Assembly: GCA_012295275.1 (NCBI GenBank)
Contig: CM022671.1
Location: 13,640,001-13,704,000 of the forward strand
DNA from: Chrysomallon squamiferum
Taxonomy: Eukaryota > Animalia > Mollusca
DNA length: 64,000 nt
Reading direction: 5' to 3'
Part shown: piece by piece, positions 12,435-23,232 of the stretch
Position numbering within the stretch: the first letter of the stretch is position 1
Layout of the letters: each line of letters opens with the position of its first letter
Made by a program: the position numbers and the translations under genes
The notes under the pieces: model-generated
What the model saw: the letters and a program-made list of their open reading frames with translations, nothing else
Databases searched by the model: none
Told to the model about the DNA's origin: nothing

Positions 12435-14829
12435 ATGTTAACACCATACACAACCACGGCTTTTAAGACGGCTACAGTTGAATCCTCTTGTGGTGATCCG
12501 CCAACAGTTCTTAATGGACGGATATACAAACAGACAGCGACTAGCACGGAGTATGAATGTCTGGCTGGGTTTGCCATGACCGGCAACAAGGTTATAACCT
12601 GTTCCACTGCAGGCAGCAACTCCTGGGACGGAGACACGCCAATCTGTGTGATCATAGATCAGACAACAAAAATATACGTCAAAGGTAGGGGACATGCGTT
12701 AGAAATGTTGTCATTTTAATCAAAAAAGTGTCGAATCTCAATTTATCAATGTCACGTTCAGTCTGAAAAGTGCATATCAAATGTTGTAAATATCTTAAAT
12801 GTCCTTAATTTATGTTGCTGCGCTTTTCATCAAAATAAAAAATAAAATATAGTTTATAACATATATATTTCTCAAATGAAAAGTTATTTATGTATTTAAT
12901 GCAATGTAACAATGTATCTATGTATGTATGTATGTATGTATGTATGTATATACGTATGTCATGTAACTACACTGAGGCAAATGAGGCAAATGCCTCATAC
13001 CGAAATTGACAATTTTTAAATTTTTATTTAACATATAAATGGCTAGAAACGAGGATTTTGCGACTCTCACGTCAGAGCTTCTGGGAGCCTTAGCCCCCGA
13101 ACCCTCGCCAAATTTTTTAGCCCTTTCCTCTCGGCAATTAAGTATTTTTGCCCTTTTTCAAAGACTAAAATAAATTAATTAAAAACCAAAAAAAATAAAA
13201 ATAAAAAATTGAAAATGAAGAAAAAATACACGATGCGAAGACCACAATTGTGAAGAAGCAAAATGAAGGGGTTTGTTTTTTAAAAATGTTTTTGTTGTTA
13301 CACCTCATTAACTAAAATAGATCTCCCGAAACAATAAATAAATTATTATTATTATTATTAGTGTTGATGTTGTTGTTGTATCTCTAGTTGGCCCTATAAT
13401 GAAATGTTGTTCTGTAGATTCATGGTGGATGTACCTGATGGCTGGTTTACTTGGTGCATTGCTTCTTCTCTTTCTCGGATGGATCATTTGGTACAGATGC
13501 TGGTAAGTCCTTACAATTCTGCCTCGCTTTCTGTCTCTGTAATATATGTGTAGATTTATATACACGCACGTATACGCACACACACATGCACATCAACACG
13601 TGTGTGTGTGCGTGTGCGTGCGAGTTGATAAACTGTTGTTACTTAAGAACTATTTTAATTTGTATAGTGTTATAAAAGCTAAATTCGTAAATGTTCTTAA
13701 TTTATGTTGTTGCGCTTTGCATCAAAATAAAATTTACAGAATTGTTTAAAATATATTTTTCCCAAATGAAACGTTATTTGTGTATATAATGTAATATAAG
13801 GTATGTATGTATGTATGTATGTATGTGCAAACGAAATCAGCTGAAATTTACTACTCTAGAATTGACGGTCAATTGAGAAATGAACAAGTTAATTTCATTT
13901 AGCTTTTGTATGATTTAGATTGCTGGATAAACGATATAACCTTTTATTATCTTCACATATCAACTGAATATGCCATTTTAGCCTTGATGCATAATAATTA
14001 TTCATAATAACACTAACAAGAATAAGAATACTACCAGTGGTTATGGGTAGTGTGAACAAACTTTAAATACTGACCTAAACCAAACTAATCAGTTGTTCAT
14101 TATTGTTGTGCTTGTTGTTTTTAACAGTTTGAACACAAGAAAGGTTGCCGTGCTAGCTGTAGGTCAAACCACTGCACATTCTCAGTGGAAGTGTTGCCGA
14201 AAATTACATGACAGAATTGGCGTTAACCAAAACCCATCAAATGGATATACCCGCTCTTCAGCAAACAGAGGATATTACCGTCATACAACAGGACTGATCG
14301 ATGTGGAAGGGAGCATCTTTTTTGTGCCTGTCCAACCCGTTGTTCCGGTTAGCATTTGTTAAATCATTTGCGGTATTTATTGATTGATTGGTTGACCTTT
14401 TGCTTTTTTGTTTAATTATTTTGAAATTTTAAAATATAACAAGATATCAGAATGTTAGGATATTTTCCTCCACCGTTCTTTTTATCTTGTATGTTTTCTG
14501 TCGTAGACCTGAGTATCGCTATGTCTTTAAATTTCAATCTTTAGTCATTTGTTTCTTTTTTCAAATTCTGTTTTTTTTTTTTTTTTTTTTTTCTTCCCGC
14601 TCCCTATTTTCATTTAATCTGTTAAAAATCTCTCTTGAAGACGAAGGAAGAAAATGATCACGTGACAAGACAAGTTACAGATCGAAACACTTCCAGGAAA
14701 GATGACATCGGTACCGAGCTTGCTGTAGACAATGTTCTAGACAGCACGAGATCAAAAAAAGCGAAGGATTTGAAAATATGGCTGCCTCATAAGAATCCAC
14801 TGAGAAATATAAACACGAGTACTAAATAA
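12435..14829 (+). CDS. Single Sushi/CCP-domain transmembrane protein, paralog A (247 aa, no signal peptide)
   Basis: Exons: 12435-12684 (MLTPYTTTAFKTATVESSCGDPPTVLNG...YECLAGFAMTGNKVITCSTAGSNSWDGDTPIC, the CCP pattern of four Cys plus Trp), 13418-13502 (TM: DSWWMYLMAGLLGALLLLFLGWIIWYRC), 14128-14347 and 14641-14829 (...AKDLKIWLPHKNPLRNINTSTK*). Intron phases are 1, 2, 0 and the total of 744 nt is open. A probable non-coding first exon ends at a donor at 11437 or 11482. Confidence 0.85.
12797..13826 (+). repeat. ~150 bp direct repeat pair (12797-12948 and 13688-13826) flanking the TM exon of paralog A
   Basis: The sequence taaatgt[c/t]cttaatttatgttg[c/t]tgcgcttt...catcaaaataaaa...caaatgaaa.gttattt.tgtat...(gtat)n occurs in both introns. 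Confidence 0.8.
12972..13150. mobile_element. Intronic MITE-like fragment
   Basis: tgaggcaaatgaggcaaatgcctca followed by a gcttctgggagccttagcccccgaaccctcgcca core. This resembles the GC-rich hairpin core common in invertebrate non-autonomous DNA elements (recalled, not searched). Confidence 0.4.
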
Positions 14830-15205
14830 ACAAACAAATTTTCTTAGAATAAGAAAAAAGTATATTGTATATTAATTTATTTTGTATTTTTATTAACTTT
14901 CAAAATTGCTTATACACTTACGTTTATTACAGCTTTATTTAAAGAACTGTTCATATATACGCGATTGCATAAAATGTTGGATGTCTGAGTTGACGTATCG
15001 GAACAATTGTGGTGCACGGAAGCTTCTAGCATTTTCTTTGTGGCGACATGTTGACTTTGAAAAAAGTTTTAAAATAGAGATGCGAAAACTGCATTATGTA
15101 TTTTATTTATTATTGTTTTCTTTTGTTGGGACATTTTTTATTTATTTACTAATTTTTTTTCTTCTTTTTTATATTTTTTTATGATGTACATACAACAAAG
15201 TAAAA

Positions 15206-15237
<32 letters not shown>

Positions 15238-16689
15238 AATAATAATAATAATTAACAAGAAGTTAAATATATAACGCCCATCGGAACACATACATACACA
15301 AATGATGTACAGAGATATATATATATATATATATATCTTTTTCTCTTTTTTTCTTGTTATGGTATTTCTTGCTTTTATGTTAATTTATAAATAAATGCAC
15401 TACATTATTTGTATATTATATGTCTGAATATTAAACATTTTACGGTAAATGTTTAATTACAGTAATTCCAAGCATTAAATGTGATTCATGTTCAAATATC
15501 ACTGTAAATGTGTAAATTCAGATAAATACAAAATAGTGTATACAATATTTCAGTATTAAGTGTTATAATATCAGTTAAAATATAACAAATCTGATAAGAT
15601 AGTGGCGGAAATGCGTTAAAAATCGAACTGCTTAATATATATATATATATTAAAATGAGACCAAATGATAAAACGTTATTTATCTATATTTAACGTATGC
15701 TAAATCTATCAAAATGTTAGGCCTGACTAACTTTGTTTTCTCTCACACATGGTTCGTTTTGTTAGCGACTGTTTAATACGTATCTGCATGTCTACTGTGC
15801 AGCCGGACAACCAGTGGTATAAAATAATGTTAAACGACAAAGCCTTTCATGGTAGAGACTGCATGACATAAATATTTGTTTCACTATTAGTACAGCCAGA
15901 TAACTGTTTATTTATATAAAGGCTAAAATGCTATTAGAACAAACAATCTTAAATTATCTTCTTGTTCTTTCTGGTGGCGACGGCAAGATATAAACATTTG
16001 TTCGACTTTTAGTATATGGACGGCATTATTTCTGACATAAACACAGCCCTTAAATGAAACTGACAAGAAACTGGCTATGGTTTTTTTCTGACGATATTGG
16101 CTTACGATGTTACCTATGTTAGAAGCAAACAAAATATATAAATATTGTCTTTGCTTGTACCACATGTACAGATTGTCTTGTCAGATTTAATATTAAAAAT
16201 AAACATTTTTTTTCCTTGAAATTTTATATCTTTGTCAAAAAAGTTATTAACTTTGTTCGGGTAAGTTTTCAGTTATTTTCTTAAATAAAATATATTTTAT
16301 ATGATAATACGTATATATGTCTGTATTTAATATAATATTTGAATAATTTAACTTTAAAAAGAAATGTGCTTCTCTACTGGCCTTCAGTCACTTATCGTGA
16401 CTGTTTTATAAAATATAATTACTTTTTTTTTTTTTTTTTAAACATATTATTAATACGTCATCAATTATTTAAATCATCGTTCATTTAATGGAGACATTGT
16501 AGCTTAGGTAAATATCCCAGCAAACTGCTTTACGACAGAGATGTTATATAACTGGCGGAGAGAGATCTCTTGGGGCGTCAGTTATAGCTCTAGATTCTGC
16601 ACTAATTCTTAAATGTCATTCGGTCAGTACTACATTAAAATAAATAGAACAGAACATAATACCTGCTGGTCATTTGTTTACAACATCCA

Positions 16690-17981
16690 GTTACCCGTGT
16701 GATATTCCTCCTGTAAAAACCAATTGAGTACTGGTGTGATACAGGTTTTATGATGAAGTGAAAACTATTACAAATTGTATGTGATACGAATACGAAACAT
16801 TGGCACACATCTGGTATTTCGTGTGTTCCCATAAATACCAGACAAAGGATGAATAATAATGAGGTAACTGTTGCTTTTGTTTCTTTTTGAGAATATTTTT
16901 TTTTTTCTTCTCTTTTTAATTTTTTTTCTTTTCATTATTATTATTATTATTATTATTACTATTATTATTATTATTATTCATTTATCAATATATCATCATC
17001 ATCATCATCATCATTAAACATACTGAATAACTTAAATACATCGGAATCAGTAGTAAATGCAGTTACTAAGGTAATATCATTAATGAATTTGGATACTTAC
17101 AATACTTTGCTATTGCATTGGTCGTTTTACAATATTCTTTAATCAAAGTATAAAACACATTCCCTCTTTTTAAAAAAAGCTGATGTCAACAAGCTTTTTA
17201 AACACTTGCATTTTCATTATAATTCTTATTATCATCATCATCATCATCATCATCATTATCACAATCTTCATTATTATTATTATTATTAATATTATTACTT
17301 TCAGATAGATAAGAATATATGTGATAAATATTTTAATTCCAGTCCGGCTTGCTAGTCTTCCCTGTGGTCTGAAGAAGAAACGAAATTCAGAAATGTTAGT
17401 ATACAGAGTTGATGTGCTGAATATGTAACAGTTTGTGCGCGTTCGTGTGTTTATTTTGTTTTGTGAAAACAAAAGTAAATATAAACCAACATAAAACAAG
17501 ACAGTAATAAACTCTTTTAATCCATAACAATCACAGAATAAATAATAAATATAATATAATAATATCTACAGCGAAATTGATTTTTATATATATATAAAAA
17601 AAAAAACTTTAGTAGAAAATGAAAATAAAGAGAGAAATAAAAATGTGTGTGATGTGAGAAAATAAAGTAGGAAAACGAAAACATCTCCTCTCCCAAAAAT
17701 AAAAGTAAATAAATAAAGAAACAAACAAACAAACAAAGAATAATATATAACAGGTAGAGTTTACGCTTCTGCTAGATTATAATTATTTATATGGTGTAGC
17801 ACAAACGTGGTGTTTGTTTAGGCGATATTTATATGCTAATATTCAAAGGTTGTAGTAAGGCTTATCAAGTCTGTATGTAATAATTGTTATCATGGATATA
17901 CCTACATTCATTAGACATTAAAGTGTTTCATCATGAGTTAAATATTACTTGTTCACTTTTCTTTTTCTTCCTTTCTTTCTT

Positions 17982-18016
<35 letters not shown>

Positions 18017-18018
18017 TG

Positions 18019-18078
<60 letters not shown>

Positions 18079-18990
18079 TTTTTCAAACCTTAGCAAATAC
18101 TAAAAACATGCCAATAAGAAGAAATGAAATAAAAAAGGTTGTTTCAGTTCTTGAAAACAGTGTCAACTCTCAGAACATTTATTAAAGTTACCTATTCTAA
18201 TGTTGAGGTTTTTTTTCTCGTTCATTATTTTTTATTTGTTTCTTTTTCTTTGTAATAGACTTTGTCTGTGAGTATGTCGTAGCTAAGCACTGTAACCATA
18301 AATAATCATTAATACAGCAATAACCTTTTTTATTTGTCAAATATTCTCTTCATATTTATTTTATTATTACTATTATTTGCTCATTTTTTATTATTTCTTT
18401 ATCGTTTCTGTGTGTTTCTTTATTATCATTAAAAAAAAAAAAAAGTCGATTAAAAACAGTGCTAAAATTTCGTTAATTTTGGTGTTAAAAAGTCTACAGC
18501 TTATGAAAAGTGGTAACATATATTTCAGCCTGTCAACGCTGTTAGTATCGAGTCAAACAATGGCGGTTCCCGGGTAATGATTGTATTTCATTAGAAAATT
18601 AAACAAACTGATGTTGACTTCAATCATGATTGTATTTTTTATATTTATGTTTTATTATTTTATATTTTTTTTTATTGGTTTGGGTTTTTTAATTTAATTT
18701 TTTTTTTATATTATTTTGTTGTTGTGTTTATTTGTTTCGGATTTTTTAATTATTACAACCAAAATAATTTGGTTAAAAAAAAGAAAATATAATAAAAAGT
18801 GAACAAAAATGAAAACAAAAAAGTAATAACAACAATAAAAGAAAGTCGTAAAAAATATATAATAATAATCACCATGTACCAGGCACCCTTTCCATAAGAT
18901 AAATATGCACTGCACTTAAAGCTCACGAACATTCGATGACAAAGCACAAACGAATTATTGTTTGATCGAATCTTATCAGATAACTAAACT
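16690..18990 (+). pseudogene. Decayed third paralog of the Sushi-TM family
   Basis: 16698-16724 reads CDIPPVKTN. After a frameshift, 16720-16863 reads PIEYWCDTGFMMK*KLLQIVCDTNTKHWHTSGISCVPINTRQRMNNNE, followed by a gtaact donor. All four CCP cysteines and the Trp are present, but there is a TGA at 16759-16761. A phase 0-0 exon-like segment lies at 18529-18573 (PVNAVSIESNNGGSR), and TNELLFDRILSDN* near 18946-18987 resembles TELAVDNVLDST in paralog A. The 3' boundary is uncertain. Confidence 0.7.
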
Positions 18991-21067
18991 GTTCTTTTCA
19001 AACACAGACTTACCTTTTTAAATATTTCATATAGATGAAAATGGAGAAGAAGAAAAGAAAAAAGATAAAGAAAGCAAGAATAATAAATAAAAAATACCGC
19101 TTGAAGATAAGTATGTATGTTTGGAGTTGGGGAAAACAGCAATTGGCTTGCCGTTGTACTCATGCACATAACGTCATGTGTACTGATTTTCCGATTTTCG
19201 AGTGACCATTAAGAGGTTTCAAGAGAGATATTTTATTTTAAATTCCTCCGTACCTCTTAATATTGAATTTAAAAGGAATATATATATATACACACACATA
19301 TATTTATCACTTTTTTGTTTGTTTAACGACAGCCTAGTTCAGCCAAAAAAAAATGTGGCTTTTAGTTATCATTCAAAGGTAAATAAAACAACTATTTAAA
19401 GGTCCGTATAAATAATAGATATTTTCAAAGTTTTTAATGAAATGGATGATATTATCACAGACACTTTTAATATTTCTTACAAAATCCAGTAAGTTTAAAA
19501 ATCTGAACGACTCCATCACATCCATATTCTTTTCTGCCGCTGCGTATTTTGAGTATTTCCTAAGGTTTTAAATAATGATAATAATAATAATAATAATAAT
19601 AAAAATAATAATTTGAATTTTACAGCATTTTATTCATTTTCCCCATCATACGTTCAATTGCCGATAATTTTACAATATCAGTTAGAATAATACCAGTTGG
19701 ACTGTTCTCTCTTGAAAATCTTTTACAAATTGTTTCACTCCCCTCCCAAAAAACAAACAAACAAAAAAATAAATAAAAACGAATAAAAATAAAAATAAAA
19801 ATAAAAATAATAATAATAATAAAATAAAATAAAATAAAATAAAATAAAATAAAATAAAATAATGATAATGTGGATAACAATACCAAAAAGACATTACGAT
19901 ATTTTTCATTTATATAATTGGAAGGTAGATACTCGAATATATATATATATATACATATCAAGAAGGATAATTTTAAACTTTCCTAACGCTTGGGTGCTAG
20001 ATAAATAAAAGAACACACGTCACTAATCCATGAACTATCAATACCTTTATTTAGATACCCATTTTCAAATCATTTGTAACACAAAACCACCCCGGTTGAA
20101 TCAACAATCCTTTTTGGTGTTTATTTTTTTTTTACTTTTTTTTTACCTTTTTTATTTTTTATTTATTTTATTATTATTTTTTTTATTTATTATTATTTTA
20201 TTTTTTTTCCAGTAAATGTGTTGACACGCCATTATAAATCAGAGAATTGACTGAGACGGATACCTGATCGACGACGACCTCACTGCTTCACAGTCGAGAA
20301 CAGTTCTAAAAAGTGACCAGTCTGGCAAAGTAAATATTGCGGGAGTTGAAAAGGTGGATTACAGTTTTGTGTATGTTAATGTGTAAAAGGTTGGTTACGT
20401 GTAATCAAAGAAAAGAAGACATTCAGGTAAATGTGATTAATAAATACAGTAGAATATATTAATGTACTTTTTAAATTATTTTATTTATTTTAAAATACTG
20501 AAAAAAAAAATAGTTATTTATTCATTCATTCATTCATTCATTCATTTATTTTGCTATTTGTTTTTATACCTTTCTTTCTTTATTATTATTTATTATTTAA
20601 CTTTGTTTATGTAATATTATATATATATATATATATTCATTCTTTTTAAAACTCAACATTAAAATATACTGAAAAATTTAAAATAAAATATTAATATTAT
20701 TATTTATTATTTATTTAGAATATTTATATTTATTTCTATGCATAAGCTGACAGCAAGGAGAAATGATTAAATATTAGGTCATGTTGACGGACGTTTTGAA
20801 ATTATTTAATATTTTATTTATTTATTTATTTATTTATTTATATTTTTGGGGGGGAGGTGTTGTTGTTTTCTTTGATACTGTATCTTCTGTTTCTGATTCA
20901 TTAATTTCAAATTCATCATTTTCAGACAGCACGTATCTTCAAATAATTATATTTCTATATCATTAAGCTATCATCTAGTTGCCTGTTTGTGTTACGCGTT
21001 GTTTCTAAATAGTATTTCAAACAAGATTCATTTGCATGGAACTTTATGTAAAAGCTAAAATTTTAAT

Positions 21068-21465
21068 TTGATGTATCTTGTTTATGAATATAGGTTAATA
21101 CACATACTGGTGTTCGATGTATCTTGCTTACGAGTATAGGTTGATGATATACGTATTGCTAGCTGATATATTTTATTTATACGTATTGCTATTTGATATA
21201 TTTTGTTTAAGAGTCTAGGTTAATGTGCGTATTCTGGTCTGATGTATCTCGCTTACGAGTATAGGTTAATATAGGTATTGGTGTTTGATGTATTGTGATT
21301 CTAGGTTAATATACGTATTGGGATTTGATGTATTTCGTTTAACAGTATATAGGTTACTGTAATGTATTAAAGTTTGATATATCTTGTTTATTTGTCTACG
21401 TCAATATACGTGTTGTTGTTTGGTATATTTTGTTTATAAATATATGTTTATATATATGCATTGTG
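21068..21465. repeat. Degenerate minisatellite, ~46 bp unit, about 9 copies
   Basis: A recurring unit, approximately gatgtatcttg[t/c]tta[t/c]gagtataggttaatatacgtattggtgttt, runs up to the splice acceptor at 21476. Confidence 0.8.
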
Positions 21466-21503
21466 TTTTATTATAGATATAAATTTTACGAGGACGATTT
21501 CAG

Positions 21504-23197
21504 ATGTCAACTGCATCAACCATGACAACTCTGACTTGTGCATTTCCCCCTGGAGTCCTGAATGCACACTGGACGCTGATTGGTCAGACTTTGCAGTACC
21601 AGTGTGCAAATGGCTTCTGGATGACTGGTGGCTCTGCTTCACGGACGTGTCAGGCAAACCAGTGGTCAGGGAAACCTCCAGTGTGTACTCTTATCAACAA
21701 TAAACCTGTCATCCACAACAGTCTGTTTGGAAATTCAAATGGTTCGTATATTATTAATTCTGTTAAATCCTTGCTGTGTTCTCTAATCTTTTACCTTATG
21801 AGTTATACCAAAATATAAGCACTTGAATTTAAGACGCTTTTGTGACGCTACGAATCACTGGTCGAATGAAATTCTCTATTCTTCCAACAAAACATAACTT
21901 GAAAATATTCTGAATGTATTTAGAGTATTATTTTCTGTTTCAGTTCTGTGGTGGCTGCCTATTCTTTTCGCAACCTTTTTTGGCGTAATTTTCCTATCAT
22001 GTTTGCTGATACTTTGTTTGTACTACTGCTGTGGGTAAGTATGCTGGTAATTACCGTAAGTTTCGAGATAAAAACACACACACACAGATGCATAGATTAT
22101 AGTTTTATCGCCAAATTAAAACAAAAGAATACCTTTAGTTTTACTTTTTTTTTTTCTAACTGTGAATAAAACAAAATCTATCATTTATTTTTTCCTGTTA
22201 TCGTATCAGATTATAATTATATATGATTATATCATATTTTATATCTGCTGTATAACTGACATAAACTAACCTTATTAACAAGTCTTTTATTTAAGATGGT
22301 GATAAAAATTCTAATAAATTCATTTTTAAAGAATGTGTTACTAATTCATAATAGCCACCTTTGGAGTGTAAAACCTTTAGTTATAGTTCATTTTGTTCTG
22401 ACTTTGGATTTTGTTATTGCTGCTATATAAACCTTTGATCTTTTTAAATCAGATGATCATTTTTGTCTAAAAACAGGTGGGGGGTTTTGGGGGTGGTTTT
22501 AGAAATTTTGTTCACAATTTACGAAATTTGATGTGAAGGTTCGTCACAAGTTATTTTTAATATCAGTTTATTATTAATATTTTATTTTTATTTTTATGAA
22601 ACGTTTTTATGCATGCGTAACAGTTTGTTAAAAGGGATTCGAGTATATTTATTTTTCACGGGATTTTCACTTGTAACTGTAAATATTAAAAAAGAAAAAA
22701 TGTTATATATATATGCCAATATTATTAGCCAATGTAATTTCATCCTTAAAATAATTAATTTTTATTATTATCTTTTATGAACGGAATTACATTGGCTAAA
22801 AAAATGTGTAATTATTAAAATATATTTCAGTTTTTCTGTTCCATTATATAAATGCTGTCGATGTCCAAGCTTTTCGTCAAAACATCGTCGCCGAGACAGC
22901 TATGATAACACTGTTCCTGCAGAGGTGTATGTTGTATCGCAAAGTGGTAGAGCCACTAAGCTGGTAATTCGATTCTGATTAAGTGGTAGAGAGAAAAGTG
23001 GTTTTATAACACGTCATTTTATTTACTCAGGTTTTAGTCACAGACTTTGCTATAAATTATTTAAAATATGTTCAGAATTCGTAATCTGATAGCCACTTTA
23101 GATTCAAATTTAAACTATTAAAGAACAATACGTATTTTTGTGGGTATATTTTTAAACTTAGTGTATGTATATAGAAATGCCTGCAGGCTTGCATGCA

Positions 23198-23232
<35 letters not shown>

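Noticed and set aside
12383-12695. Antisense ORFs over the paralog A Sushi exon (similarly 21448-21657 and 3966-4154)
   Set aside because: These are shadow ORFs on the reverse strand of real exons.
16759-16761. In-frame TGA read as selenocysteine or stop-codon readthrough
   Set aside because: It aligns to Gly rather than Cys in the paralogs, and the same exon also has a frameshift. Pseudogenisation is the simpler explanation.
17170-20215. Many hydrophobic 60-110 aa ORFs resembling membrane peptides
   Set aside because: They derive from (ATT)n, (CAT)n and (TTTTA)n low-complexity sequence and have no splice or homology support.
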